NCBI GenBank assembly: GCA_964444705.1
Contig: CAYUHX010000002.1
Span: forward strand, 22,869 to 86,868
From: an uncultured Gammaproteobacteria bacterium
GTDB taxonomy: Bacteria; Patescibacteriota; Patescibacteriia; Magasanikbacterales; GWA2-37-8
DNA length: 64,000 bases
Direction: 5' to 3'
Positions 45,406-56,056 of this stretch are shown here, piece by piece. Made by a program: the position numbers and the translations under genes. Position 1 is the stretch's first letter, and the number at the start of each line of letters is the position of its first letter. The notes below the pieces were generated by a model. That model saw nothing but the letters and a program-made list of their open reading frames with translations. It was not told the DNA's origin and ran no database searches.

Positions 45406-48400
45406 ATGCTCTATAATGCGAATCAGGAAGAAAAAGAAATTTTAAACTGGTGGGAAAAACATGCGGTCTTCGAGCGTTCGGTGTCTGAACGCCCGGACGA
45501 CAAACCGTATGTGTTTTATGACGGCCCACCATTTGCCACCGGCTTGCCGCATTATGGGCATATTTTAAGTTCGGTGATTAAAGATGTGGTGCCACGCTAT
45601 TTCACCATGAAAGGCTATCGTGTGCCGCGCCGTTGGGGCTGGGATTGTCATGGGCTTCCCATTGAAAGCTTGGTGGAAAAAGAGTTGCAAATTACTGGCG
45701 GCAAAAAACAAATTGAGGAAGAACTAGGAGTAGAAAAATTCAATGAAGCTTGCCGTTCGAAAGTGCTGACGTATACCAAAGATTGGAAAACCATGGTCGA
45801 TCGCATTGGCCGCTGGGTGGAGTTTGATAATGCCTACAAAACCATGGATGCCACATATATGGAAAGTGTGTGGTGGGCGCTCAAAACAATTTGGGACAAA
45901 CAATTGATTTATGAAGGGAGAAAAGTGCTCATGTATTGTCCGCGCTGCGAAACACCAGTATCAAAAGCCGAGATCGCGATGGATAATAGTTATAAAGACG
46001 TGACGGAAGAATCGGCCACCGTAAAATTTAAATTAAAGGAACAAGGAACAAGGAACAAGGAACAATTTAAGGATATTAATGGACCGATTTTTGTGCTTGC
46101 GTGGACCACGACACCGTGGACATTGCCGGGGAATGTGGCGCTCGCGGTTGGGGCTGAGATTGAGTATGTGCTGCTGAAGGAACAAGGAGCAGTGAACAAG
46201 GAACGGCCAGCTCAAGAATCATCGGCATATTATGTAGTCGCGAAAGAACGTTTAGGAGTTGTTTTTAAAGATAAGTCGTACGAGATCGTAAAAGAATTTA
46301 AAGGTTCAGATTTAGCTGGTCTTGAATACGAACCACTGTTCAATTTGTCAGCTGTGAGTGCGACGGGCAAGAAAGCGCACTACATTGCCGCGGCTGATTT
46401 TGTGACGACCACTGATGGCACGGGTGTGGTGCACACGGCGGTGATTTATGGTGAAGATGATTATCAGCTGGGCGTAAAATTAGATTTACCGATGGTGCCG
46501 ATGCTTGATGCCAAGGGGCATTTCAATGAAGCGGCACCTGAATTAGTGCGAGGTGAATATTTTAAGAAAGCAGAAAAATTAATTAAAAATAATTTGGAAG
46601 AGCGCGGATTACTTTTTAAGCGTGAACAGTTTACACACTCGTATCCGCATTGTTGGCGCTGTGACACGGCGCTTATTTACAACGCCATCTCAGCCTGGTT
46701 TATTGATATTCAAAAAATTAAGCCACGCCTCCTTGCGCTGAATGAAAAAATCAATTGGTATCCAGAGCATTTGAAGCACGGCCGCTTTTTGAACATTCTT
46801 GAAACTGCGCCAGATTGGAATATTTCACGCAACCGGTATTGGGCCACACCATTGCCGTTTTGGAAGTGTAGTGAAGGAAAAAGGAAAAATGAAAAAGGAG
46901 AAAGTGTCCCATGCACGAATGTGGTGTGTGTGGGTAGTGTGGCGGACTTGAAAGCCAAGGCGCTTAATTTTGCGGAAGTATTTTCTTCAGACAAGGTGGA
47001 AGAGATTGATTTGCACAAGCATGTTGTGGATAAAATAAAGCTGAAGTGTGACGCGTGTGGTGGTGCGATGGAACGAATTCCGGAGGTGATTGATTGTTGG
47101 GTGGAGTCGGGTTCGATGCCGTTTGCCGAGTGGCATTATCCGTTTGAAAATAAAGAGGTATTTCAACAGCGTTTTCCGGGGCAATATATTGCCGAGTATA
47201 TTGCGCAAACCCGCGCCTGGTTTTATTACATGCACGTGATGGCTGTGCTTTTGTTTGATAATGTTAGTTTTGAAAACTGCGTCACCACAGGCAATGTGTT
47301 GAACGAAAAAGGCGAAAAGCTTTCTAAGTCAAAGAAAAATTATCCTGACCCGTGGGGGCTGATTGAAACCCACGGTGTTGATGCATTGCGTTTTTATCTC
47401 ATGACGAGTCCAGTGATGCAGGCCGATGATTTATTTTTCAGTGATCGTGAAGTAAAAGAAGCGTACAACAAAGTGCTCAACCTTTTGTGGAATGTGGTTG
47501 AGTTTTATCTGCTGTATGCGGGTGAATATGATGGCACCACACAAATGCACCACAGCACCAACTTGCTTGATAAATGGATTGTGGCCAAAGCCAACCTTTT
47601 GGTAAAAGAAGTGACTGAACACATGGATCATTATGATACGGTTAAAGCCGGTCGCCCAATTAAAGATTTTGTTGATGAGCTTTCTACGTGGTATTTGCGC
47701 CGCAGCCGTGAACGTTTGAAAGGTGAAGACCAGCAAGGCAAGCAGCACGCACTCGCTACACTTCATCATGTGCTACTCGTGCTGGCAAAAGTCATGGCAC
47801 CATTCACTCCATTCATGGCGGAAAAAATCTATCAAGAATTAAGGAACAAGGAGCAAGGAACAAGGAGTGTTTTTAAAGAAAGTGTCCACCTTGAGGATTG
47901 GCCTCATTTCCATGAAGAGCATCATCATGAAAAAGTATTAGAAGAAATGATTGCTGTACGAAAGATTGTAGAAATGGGTCTGGCGCTTCGGGCTGAGCAT
48001 AAACTCAAAGTGCGCCAGCCGCTCTCTGAGCTGCGTATCAACAACGACCACTTGCCGCATGAGCTTTTAAATATTGTTGCCGAAGAATTGAATGTAAAAA
48101 AAGTGGAATACGCTGAGTTTGTTGAAGGTGATGAGTGGAAAGAAAAGAAAGATGGTGCGGTGTGTGTGTGGCTTAATACGCTCCTTGATGATACGCTGAA
48201 AGTAGAGGGAGTATTACGTGAAATAATTCGGGCGATTAATCAACTGCGCAAAGAGCAGGGTCTCACTATTCACGATCGGGTGGAGGTGTGGTATGCGGTA
48301 GCTGGTTCACGGTTGGCGGATATTTTTCAGACGCACGCGGCGGAAATTCAAGCCGCCACGCTTGCCAACGAGCTCGCAGCCACAACTCTCTCCACAGAAA

Positions 48401-48474
48401 CTGCAAAAGTGAAAATTGAATTTGAAGGTGAGAGTGCGGAAATTGCAATTTATAAAAAAGAAACCAACATCTAG
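45406..48474 (+). CDS. ileS: isoleucine--tRNA ligase (type 2)
   Basis: FYDGPPFATGLPHYGHIL (HIGH), KMSKS as KLSKSKKNYPDP, the CP1 editing domain and the zinc region. Start chosen at MLYNANQEEKEILNWWEK. Confidence 0.9.
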   Translation: MLYNANQEEKEILNWWEKHAVFERSVSERPDDKPYVFYDGPPFATGLPHYGHILSSVIKDVVPRYFTMKGYRVPRRWGWDCHGLPIESLVEKELQITGGKKQIEEELGVEKFNEACRSKVLTYTKDWKTMVDRIGRWVEFDNAYKTMDATYMESVWWALKTIWDKQLIYEGRKVLMYCPRCETPVSKAEIAMDNSYKDVTEESATVKFKLKEQGTRNKEQFKDINGPIFVLAWTTTPWTLPGNVALAVGAEIEYVLLKEQGAVNKERPAQESSAYYVVAKERLGVVFKDKSYEIVKEFKGSDLAGLEYEPLFNLSAVSATGKKAHYIAAADFVTTTDGTGVVHTAVIYGEDDYQLGVKLDLPMVPMLDAKGHFNEAAPELVRGEYFKKAEKLIKNNLEERGLLFKREQFTHSYPHCWRCDTALIYNAISAWFIDIQKIKPRLLALNEKINWYPEHLKHGRFLNILETAPDWNISRNRYWATPLPFWKCSEGKRKNEKGESVPCTNVVCVGSVADLKAKALNFAEVFSSDKVEEIDLHKHVVDKIKLKCDACGGAMERIPEVIDCWVESGSMPFAEWHYPFENKEVFQQRFPGQYIAEYIAQTRAWFYYMHVMAVLLFDNVSFENCVTTGNVLNEKGEKLSKSKKNYPDPWGLIETHGVDALRFYLMTSPVMQADDLFFSDREVKEAYNKVLNLLWNVVEFYLLYAGEYDGTTQMHHSTNLLDKWIVAKANLLVKEVTEHMDHYDTVKAGRPIKDFVDELSTWYLRRSRERLKGEDQQGKQHALATLHHVLLVLAKVMAPFTPFMAEKIYQELRNKEQGTRSVFKESVHLEDWPHFHEEHHHEKVLEEMIAVRKIVEMGLALRAEHKLKVRQPLSELRINNDHLPHELLNIVAEELNVKKVEYAEFVEGDEWKEKKDGAVCVWLNTLLDDTLKVEGVLREIIRAINQLRKEQGLTIHDRVEVWYAVAGSRLADIFQTHAAEIQAATLANELAATTLSTETAKVKIEFEGESAEIAIYKKETNI

Positions 48475-48477
48475 TTT

Positions 48478-49557
48478 TTGTGCATCTCAACCGATATGCA
48501 GCCACGTGAATCAAATTCACTGCCTCCTAAAACTGCTCAAGATTATAAGAAAGAGAAGAATGAAATAACAGTCACAGAATTGTCACTAAAAGTGGAGCGG
48601 CTGCAGCAGGCGCTTGACGTATTAGTGCAAGAAGAAAAAGAACTGCGTTCTCGTCTGCAGACTATTAAAAAGACTCAAAAGTCTTTGGCTCTTGGAGACA
48701 GCCTGCACGAGAAAAAAGTGAACGGGCCAGTGGCGATTACGCGGTGTGGTCAGGTCTACGCGGCGAAGCTCAACCGTTTTGATAGCGCTCTGTTAACTGA
48801 AGGTCAAATTATTGCTGGGCTTAGTGCTGGAGTAAGCTATTCATTTGATTGCAATGCACTTAAAAAAACAGATTTAGATCAGCTTGCCGCTGGTTGGTTC
48901 CGCGGTCGGAGAGAAAAAATGATGAGTGAGTTGCAGCTCGCAGAAGCGCTTGTGGTGGCGATAGAACGCGCACCGAATGCCCCGGAGACCGAGGCTTATC
49001 GAGAACTGTATCGCACCAAAGATGCCGAACGAATGGGTAAAATTGCTGAACAGATGGTCTATCGTTTGCTCCAGCGCGTAGCTTACGATTTTGGTAGTGA
49101 CTTATTTTCGGTTGAGCCAGCGAGCGCTGCTGAAGACGTTGAGGCCAAGATGGATTTTAAGGTAGTGTATAAGGGTGGTCGTGATAAAAAAATTAAGCGT
49201 GGTGTGGCGGTTGAAGCGGACGAAAAAGTAACGAGCAGTGCCGAGGTATTTGGTATACAGTTCACGCTCAAAACATCAGCTGCGGATCGTGCGTTTAAAG
49301 CACGTCAGATTGAAAATACACGCGGATTGCGGGAAGAAATTGCAGATACGGTGCTCGTAAGTATTAATTTAGACAACGTCCTCAAAATAGTGCGTGTGTG
49401 GGAAAAAGATGCGGAGCGATATTGTGCGCCTGAAGAAAAATTTCCTGTGATTGTGCAACAAATGATTGTGCGGGAGGTGCTTCGAAAAATTGCCGAGCCA
49501 AGTGAAATTGATGTGCTCTGTCGTGCTCTTGAATTAAAGAAGACCGTTGCTGATTAA
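48478..49557 (+). CDS. hypothetical protein
   Basis: 359-aa ORF with a coiled-coil N-terminus. No recognisable motif. Confidence 0.45.
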   Translation: MCISTDMQPRESNSLPPKTAQDYKKEKNEITVTELSLKVERLQQALDVLVQEEKELRSRLQTIKKTQKSLALGDSLHEKKVNGPVAITRCGQVYAAKLNRFDSALLTEGQIIAGLSAGVSYSFDCNALKKTDLDQLAAGWFRGRREKMMSELQLAEALVVAIERAPNAPETEAYRELYRTKDAERMGKIAEQMVYRLLQRVAYDFGSDLFSVEPASAAEDVEAKMDFKVVYKGGRDKKIKRGVAVEADEKVTSSAEVFGIQFTLKTSAADRAFKARQIENTRGLREEIADTVLVSINLDNVLKIVRVWEKDAERYCAPEEKFPVIVQQMIVREVLRKIAEPSEIDVLCRALELKKTVAD

Positions 49558-49562
49558 ACTAT

Positions 49563-50570
49563 ATGAATCATTCTCAACCGACTGGCTTTTTTCCGGTCAT
49601 CGCAGCCCTCTTGGGAAACATCTGCATCACCACCATGAAAATTGTGGGGTTTGTGCTAACTGGTTCTTCGGCGATGTTTTCGGAAGCAATACACACCGCC
49701 GCAGACACGGGTAATCAGGCTCTTCTCATGATTGGTATCAAACGCTCACAACGCAATGCCGATAAAAAATATCAATATGGATTTGGACAAGAACGATTTT
49801 TTTGGGCGCTTATCAGCGCGTGTGGCATATTTTTTTTGGGCGCAGGTGTCACGTTGTATCATGGTTTTGTGTCTTTGTTTACGCACGAACCAGTACACAC
49901 GAATCTGTTGGGATACATAATTTTGGGAGTTTCCACCTTGATTGAAAGCACCACTTTATTTTTTGCCTATTACGAATTAAAAAAACACAGCATCGAAACA
50001 GGCGTGCTGCAGATTATTCAATCAGCCGATCCCACCACGCTCGCGGTGCTCTATGAAGATGGCGTGGCGGTGTTGGGGTCTCTGCTGGCAGCCGTTAGCA
50101 TTGCCCTCTCTGCGTATACGCACAATGCGGTGTGGGATGCGATTGGTTCTTTGCTTATTGGTGGTTTACTTCTTTTGGTTGCAATAGCGCTTATTATAAA
50201 AAATAGAAGTTATCTACTTGATAAAGCTATGCCGCCGGCACTAGAAGAACGAGCGATGGCTATTTTAAACAATGAGCCGTCGATAGAGAAAGTGATTGAT
50301 TTTAAATCAACGGTACTTGATGTTGATGTATATCGCATTAAATGTGAGGTGGAATTTAATGGGAGTGAGCTTTTGAAAGAGATTAATAATTATGGAGAGT
50401 TGCGCGAAGATTTTGATGAGGTGCGTGCCGATTATTCACATTTTCTTCGTTTCTGCTCCGAGCTTGCCGATCGAGCGCCGCGTTTAATTGGTACCAAAAT
50501 AAATCAGATTGAAAAACGTATTATTGAGCAAATACCACAAGTGCGGCATATTGATATTGAAATCAATTAA
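49563..50570 (+). CDS. cation diffusion facilitator (CDF) family transporter
   Basis: 6 TM with SEAIHTAADTGNQ and HTN motifs, plus a C-terminal cytoplasmic domain. Confidence 0.8.
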   Translation: MNHSQPTGFFPVIAALLGNICITTMKIVGFVLTGSSAMFSEAIHTAADTGNQALLMIGIKRSQRNADKKYQYGFGQERFFWALISACGIFFLGAGVTLYHGFVSLFTHEPVHTNLLGYIILGVSTLIESTTLFFAYYELKKHSIETGVLQIIQSADPTTLAVLYEDGVAVLGSLLAAVSIALSAYTHNAVWDAIGSLLIGGLLLLVAIALIIKNRSYLLDKAMPPALEERAMAILNNEPSIEKVIDFKSTVLDVDVYRIKCEVEFNGSELLKEINNYGELREDFDEVRADYSHFLRFCSELADRAPRLIGTKINQIEKRIIEQIPQVRHIDIEIN

Positions 50571-50631
50571 ATTTTTTCATACGAAAATTTGAGGAAATTA
50601 TTTTTAGTATAAAAGGAATAAAAATTTTTTT

Positions 50632-50829
50632 ATGAAATGGTATAAAAAACAACTTGATGCATTAAAGAAAAAGAGCAGTGGTAATCAGGATGCAAAAAAT
50701 AATGATGAAAAGATTAATTCAGTGCACACATTAAGCGGCACAGATCGTACGACCAAAAAAGCATTTGTGAAAGGTGTTGATTCTATGGCGCAACGTAATA
50801 AAAATAGACCAAAGACAGATCTCTATTGA
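50632..50829 (+). CDS. small basic hypothetical protein
   Basis: 65-aa Lys-rich ORF followed by a terminator. Confidence 0.35.
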   Translation: MKWYKKQLDALKKKSSGNQDAKNNDEKINSVHTLSGTDRTTKKAFVKGVDSMAQRNKNRPKTDLY

Positions 50830-50876
50830 TGGGTAAACGAGGTTTTTGTGCGTGCAGGGAATTAATTATATTGAAT

Positions 50877-50903
50877 ACGTCGCTTGGCCGACGTATTTTT
50901 TTT
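50877..50903 (+). terminator. Rho-independent terminator
   Basis: acgtcg-cttggc-cgacgt followed by ATTTTTTTT. Confidence 0.5.
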
Positions 50904-50984
50904 CGGAAAAATACGGTATGTGATGGATGTGGTTTGTTCGTTAATATTTGCTTTAAGATTTAACAAGCATTTGCCGAGGATATC

Positions 50985-51013
50985 TTGACAATATCATGAA
51001 AATGTGCTATGTT
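50985..51013 (+). promoter_or_regulatory. sigma70-like promoter (TTGACA-17-TATGTT)
   Basis: TTGACAatatcatgaaaatgtgcTATGTT lies about 30 nt upstream of ATG 51046. Confidence 0.4.
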
Positions 51014-51045
51014 GAGGAGTCTTTAGTAATAATTTACACACGAAT

Positions 51046-52674
51046 ATGTCTTTTTTTAAAAAAATGAGTGTGGTTGTTGTGTTGGCAAGTCTGTGTGGAA
51101 CCTCTCTGGCAGAAGCGGCAACAATGCCGGGAAGAAGTGCGGAAATGAAGTTGGTTGCACCAATTAGCCCAGCGCTTTTCCCTAAACAGCCACTTTGTTC
51201 GCCGGTATCTAAACCAGGTGCACATTGTGTGAAACCAGAAATTAAGGTGCCACCTTGTTTACCGAAGATGGCGAGTGCACAGCCTATTTCTTGGACTTCA
51301 TTAGATTTTTCTAGTATTTCTGAATGGCTCAAACGGTTTCCAGTTGCAAACATGCCCAAAACATCGCAAACGGGCAAAAAGGAACCGCAACCATTTTCGA
51401 ATGCTGATAGTAAGAATTTAGAAGTATATAAAAAAGCCTTAGATCAAATTATTGGCCCAATTCCTAAAAATTGTGTGCCTCTAAATTTAAGCATTGATTC
51501 AATAAATTTGCATTTAACCGCGGATGAAATGGCTCAAGCCTCCATCACCCCAATTACTGCTGATGGTACGGATAGTGGAATGATACTTGGATATCGCTTA
51601 ACGCCGAACAAAACAGTTTTTGGCACCAGCCCAAGCGCCAGTGACTCAGCCCGGATTTTCTATATTACTTTCAGTGATGTGGTTGGACAAAAAGTGGCCG
51701 GATATATATTAGTTCCCGAGGACGCTGCTGGCCAAATAATGCCAGGATCCTTACCTTCAGTTGTTGCTTTTCATCAAACATATAATGAGTGTGGTAAAAA
51801 AGAACAAATCAACGCCTGTCCGTCTACTGTGCCGTGGGCTGATTTTGCGCCAGAGATGGTTCGCCGTGGTTTCGTCACAATAGTAGTAGACATGCCAAAT
51901 TATGGAGAGTCATGGGATCAGTCCACTGTCGAGAATATTGAATATAACTCAACTCCGGTACAGAATATTTTAAAATATTATCCACGGGCGAGTGAGCTTG
52001 GTATTGAATTGTCGTATACTGAACGAACTTTAGAGGTGCTTAAACAGCAAGATATTGTGACTTTAAACGATGATATTGGGATTATTGGTCATTCTAAAGG
52101 TGGAACCAATGCACTGCTTGCAAAAATTTATTTTCCCCAAATTAAAGCTGCCATTGTCAATGCCGGAGGTCTGCACATGTTTCGCTCTGACGATTTGATT
52201 GGCGACCATAACGGTATTGATCTAAAAGGAAGTTTGGGACGATGGTGTAAATACGGATATTTACCGGCATTATGTAATTACATCGGAAAAATTGACCAGT
52301 TACCTTTTGAATTGCATCATTTATATGCCCTGGCGCTTAAAGATGGAGCATTATTTAGTTACCAGATTCAGGATGACGGGTACCCTAAGTATGATGGCCT
52401 GGGTAATCAAATGAGTACCTATTGGGATTCAATAGATTTCGTTAACACCCAGGTAGCGCGCATTGCCCCCAAAATTAATGGAGAATATCACTATGCGGTG
52501 AAGCAAAGTGGACGGTTTGACACCTACCCTGGAACCAAAGAATGTTTTGAAACTGCAGGGAGCGATATCGGAAAGATTGAATATTGTTTAACATACTTTG
52601 GGTATAATCATGGTGTTTATCCCAAAGATATGAATCCATTCATGGATCGGTTTGAACAAATTTTGAAGAAATAA
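51046..52674 (+). CDS. secreted alpha/beta-hydrolase (esterase/dienelactone-hydrolase-like)
   Basis: Signal peptide MSFFKKMSVVVVLASLCGTSLAEAA. Nucleophile elbow GHSKGG (GxSxG) in the C-terminal half. Confidence 0.6.
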   Translation: MSFFKKMSVVVVLASLCGTSLAEAATMPGRSAEMKLVAPISPALFPKQPLCSPVSKPGAHCVKPEIKVPPCLPKMASAQPISWTSLDFSSISEWLKRFPVANMPKTSQTGKKEPQPFSNADSKNLEVYKKALDQIIGPIPKNCVPLNLSIDSINLHLTADEMAQASITPITADGTDSGMILGYRLTPNKTVFGTSPSASDSARIFYITFSDVVGQKVAGYILVPEDAAGQIMPGSLPSVVAFHQTYNECGKKEQINACPSTVPWADFAPEMVRRGFVTIVVDMPNYGESWDQSTVENIEYNSTPVQNILKYYPRASELGIELSYTERTLEVLKQQDIVTLNDDIGIIGHSKGGTNALLAKIYFPQIKAAIVNAGGLHMFRSDDLIGDHNGIDLKGSLGRWCKYGYLPALCNYIGKIDQLPFELHHLYALALKDGALFSYQIQDDGYPKYDGLGNQMSTYWDSIDFVNTQVARIAPKINGEYHYAVKQSGRFDTYPGTKECFETAGSDIGKIEYCLTYFGYNHGVYPKDMNPFMDRFEQILKK

Positions 52675-52781
52675 ACGATCGACTCAGCTATTCTGAGAGA
52701 GGTTTCAAAAAACACGCTTTTTGTTTGACAGAGCGTGTTTTTTTGCCTATAGTAAAAGAAATTTAGTTTAGATTTTTTTAT

Positions 52782-53744
52782 ATGAATGTAGCTCAAATTT
52801 TTGATCTTGGCATTAAGCTTGGCAGCGCCGCCGATCCGCGTGGCCAAAAAGGAGTAGAAAAATATGTAAAGATGATTAAAAAGGAATACGAAGATTTGAA
52901 AGATAAAGATAAAAAATATGTTGATCCCAGTAAATTAGTTAATCCTTATCCTGATAGTTGTATTCATGTCGACGATGGTCGTAAAGAAGTGAAGCGTATT
53001 CTTGCAGGTATTGATATTGATGAGGGCGAAGTGCTGCTTGCAAGTCAGCTTAATGAACGTGGTAAAAAAATTGATTTAGTAGTATCGCACCATCCGGTGG
53101 GAAATGCGCTCGCTAATTTACACGAGGTGATGGAAATGACAAGCGGTATTTTTGAAAGTTTGGGATTGCCGGTACATGTGGCGGAGCGTGTGGTGGAAGA
53201 GCGTATGAAAGAGGTTGGTCGCGGTCTTCACCCGGTGAATCACCATCGCGCGGTTGATATTGCTAAAATTTTGGGAATAAATTTCATGAGCACCCACACC
53301 ATTACCGATAATTTGGTGCATCAGTTTATTGTGGATCTTATTGAAAAAAATAAACCGGAAACAGTCGGAGAAGTGATTGAGCTTTTGATGGAAATTCCAG
53401 AATATCAAGAAGCCAAACGCCGTGGTGCTGGGCCAAAAGTGGTGGCGGGTAGTAGTAAAAAACGTATCGGTCGGTATGTGGTAGAAATGACGGGAGGTAC
53501 CAACCCTTCAAGTCAGGTGTACGAAGAATTTTCTCGCATTGGGTATAGCACCATGCTCAGCATGCATATGAAAGAAGACGCGGTAAAAAAAGCGCAGGAG
53601 CAGCATATGAATATTATTATCACCGGCCATATGTCATCAGATTCGCTTGGCATGAATTTATTCTTAGATGAGCTCGAGAAAAAAGGAATTGAAATTATGG
53701 CGTGTGGCGGCCTTATTCGGGTCAGCCGAAATAAAAAGAAATAA
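52782..53744 (+). CDS. Nif3/YqfO-family dinuclear metal centre protein
   Basis: DLVVSHHPV (Nif3 HHP motif) and a C-terminal ITGHMSSD metal-site-like motif. Confidence 0.65.
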   Translation: MNVAQIFDLGIKLGSAADPRGQKGVEKYVKMIKKEYEDLKDKDKKYVDPSKLVNPYPDSCIHVDDGRKEVKRILAGIDIDEGEVLLASQLNERGKKIDLVVSHHPVGNALANLHEVMEMTSGIFESLGLPVHVAERVVEERMKEVGRGLHPVNHHRAVDIAKILGINFMSTHTITDNLVHQFIVDLIEKNKPETVGEVIELLMEIPEYQEAKRRGAGPKVVAGSSKKRIGRYVVEMTGGTNPSSQVYEEFSRIGYSTMLSMHMKEDAVKKAQEQHMNIIITGHMSSDSLGMNLFLDELEKKGIEIMACGGLIRVSRNKKK

Positions 53745-53749
53745 ATAGT

Positions 53750-54334
53750 ATGATTGCACTTCTTGTTGGCAGAGTACAAAGTAATGTTGACGGTGAGCTT
53801 GTGGTGCTTACAAGTGGTGGTGTGGGGTATAAAATGCTCGCGAGCCCGGCGGCGCTGCAAAAAGCCAAAGTTGGTGAAGAAACAATACTTGAAACTCATT
53901 TAGTTGTACGGGATGACGCGCTTGAGCTCTATGCCTTTGGGAGCGTGACAGAAAAAAAATTATTTCAATCATTTGTTTCGGTGAGTGGGGTGGGGCCAAA
54001 AACAGCCCTGCATCTTTTAGAACTAGGCAGTGCTGAAGAAATAACCCGTGCGATCAGTCGTGGAGATTTGGAGTATTTAACTAAAGTGAGTGGTATAGGC
54101 AAAAAAACTGCTGAACGAATTGTGCTTGAGCTTAAATCAAAAATGCACGATCAAGGATTTAGTGCCGCTGATGAAGGTGGCTTTGAAGGCGATGGTGTGC
54201 TTGGTGATGTCATAGATGGTTTAGTGACACTGGGTTATTCTGCTCTTGAGGCGCGCGCCGTGGTCAAGAAATTGGATGCCGGCGGTAAAACGAGTGAGCA
54301 ACTGCTACGTGAGGCGCTCCAAACAATTAAATAA
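53750..54334 (+). CDS. ruvA: Holliday junction branch migration protein RuvA
   Basis: MIALLVGRV...LYAFGS...LFQSFVSVSGVGPKTALHLL (HhH motifs) and C-terminal domain III. Confidence 0.85.
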   Translation: MIALLVGRVQSNVDGELVVLTSGGVGYKMLASPAALQKAKVGEETILETHLVVRDDALELYAFGSVTEKKLFQSFVSVSGVGPKTALHLLELGSAEEITRAISRGDLEYLTKVSGIGKKTAERIVLELKSKMHDQGFSAADEGGFEGDGVLGDVIDGLVTLGYSALEARAVVKKLDAGGKTSEQLLREALQTIK

Positions 54335-54468
54335 AAATCATTAAAAAAAGTATGGATCCAGAAACAAAAAGGGCGCTAGAGACAAAAGGGAAGAAAAAAT
54401 CAGGGTTTCATATTGTGTTAATTTAAAATATTTATTAATTAAGCTGAAAAGCTGTTAAATTTAAATAT

Positions 54469-55227
54469 ATGGGTTGGATTATCGTCTTACTTATCATGGT
54501 TGTGCTCTTAGGCCTACGTACTGTTAAACAGTATGAAAAAGGCGTGATTTTTCGATTTGGAAAAATTGTCGGAATAAAAGAGCCTGGATTAAATTGGGTT
54601 ATTCCGTTTATAGATCAGATGCGTAAGGTTGATATGCGCACCGTCACATTGCCGGTGCAAAAACAACAAATTATCACCAAAGATAATGTGTCAGTCGATG
54701 TGTCAGCGGTTGCATATTATAAAGTATCTGATGCAGTAAAGAGTATTGTGGCTATTGAAAACGTCATGAGTGCTATCAACCAGATCGCTCAAACTTCGAT
54801 TCGCAACATTGTAGGTAAATTTCAGCTTGATCAAATTTTAAGTGAACGTGAAACCATCAACAAAGAAATCACTGAAGTGCTTGAAACCCACACCGCCAGC
54901 TGGGGAATAGATGTGACGTTGGTTGAGATGAAAGATATGGAACTACCAGAAGGTATGAAACGTGCTATGGCCAAACAAGCCGAAGCCGAACGCGAAAAAA
55001 GAGCAAAAATCATAGCCGCCGAAGGTGAATTTTTATCTTCGCAGAAATTGGCCGAGACAGCTGATGTGATGGCGGCACACCCGATCGCTTTGCAGCTCCG
55101 CAATCTTCAAACTATGGCCGAGATCAGTGTCGAGAAAAATTCAACTATAATTTTTCCTGCACAATTTATGACGACAATTGGTGACGTACAAAAATTTGTG
55201 AATCAAGAAATGAGTGTAAAAAAATAG
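54469..55227 (+). CDS. SPFH/band-7 (stomatin-like) domain protein
   Basis: N-terminal TM, then VTLPVQKQQIITKDNVSVDVSAVAYYKV...RNIVGKFQLDQILSERETI and the AEAEREKRAKII coiled-coil. Confidence 0.8.
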   Translation: MGWIIVLLIMVVLLGLRTVKQYEKGVIFRFGKIVGIKEPGLNWVIPFIDQMRKVDMRTVTLPVQKQQIITKDNVSVDVSAVAYYKVSDAVKSIVAIENVMSAINQIAQTSIRNIVGKFQLDQILSERETINKEITEVLETHTASWGIDVTLVEMKDMELPEGMKRAMAKQAEAEREKRAKIIAAEGEFLSSQKLAETADVMAAHPIALQLRNLQTMAEISVEKNSTIIFPAQFMTTIGDVQKFVNQEMSVKK

Positions 55228-55235
55228 GGCTTTCT

Positions 55236-56000
55236 ATGTCGGAAAAAAAAGATTCGTGGAAAGTTGGTGGTAAAGACACTGAAGAAGTGGTTGATTCCCG
55301 TGAGGTGGGCGCAGTTGTTCCCGAGGAGTATAAGGAAGATTTAAATGACTGGCTCAAAAAAATTTCTGGAGGAGAGCTCGCACAGTTTTTTAGGGCGCTG
55401 GCTGGTGTGATGAAAACTACTGTAGAGATGATTGAACCGGAACGTATGTTTCAAAAATCACCCGCCTTTGCTGCTCATCATCGCGCACATGGCCAAGAGG
55501 TATTTGAAGAGATGGGGAGCCGAGCTGATTTTCCACCCGATGTCGTGAGAGCTTTTCAAAATGATCCCTTATTAAATTGTGCGCAGGCGTTGACCGAGAT
55601 GGAAGGGCTCCGTTGGGATTGGCAAGAAAAAATTAAAGAGTGCCTTGCTCTTAGTGAGGTTGAATTTAAAAGATATTTGACCGAAGTGGTAGATGACTAT
55701 GTGGCAAATACTCTCTATGCGGCAGGGCGTATGGTAAAAGATTTCTTGTCTAAACTTAATGGTGCTGAGCAACTTCGATTTCTTGCTTTTTTAGAATCAC
55801 ATCGAATTGAGAGTGCGGTGATATCTCGTCATGAAGAGCTCGAAGAGTGGGTTGATTTTCGAGTGGTACAGCCACCACAGTCAAGAGATGATTTTTGGAT
55901 GCGCGCCGAGATGTTTGAAAAATTAGGAGAATATATCGGCGCTAGAGATTCCACACCCCGAGTCAACAGAAGAGTTCCAAGCAGTGGTTCGTTAAACTAA
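55236..56000 (+). CDS. hypothetical protein (downstream partner of the SPFH gene)
   Basis: 254-aa ORF starting 9 nt after the SPFH stop. No recognisable motif. Confidence 0.45.
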   Translation: MSEKKDSWKVGGKDTEEVVDSREVGAVVPEEYKEDLNDWLKKISGGELAQFFRALAGVMKTTVEMIEPERMFQKSPAFAAHHRAHGQEVFEEMGSRADFPPDVVRAFQNDPLLNCAQALTEMEGLRWDWQEKIKECLALSEVEFKRYLTEVVDDYVANTLYAAGRMVKDFLSKLNGAEQLRFLAFLESHRIESAVISRHEELEEWVDFRVVQPPQSRDDFWMRAEMFEKLGEYIGARDSTPRVNRRVPSSGSLN

Positions 56001-56020
56001 AACTCAAACGCACATAATAA

Positions 56021-56048
56021 AAATAGGCCTCTTAGGCCTATTTTTATT
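56021..56048. terminator. bidirectional Rho-independent terminator
   Basis: aaataggcct-ctt-aggcctattt followed by TTTTT, between convergent genes. Confidence 0.55.
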
Positions 56049-56056
56049 AGAGTGCT

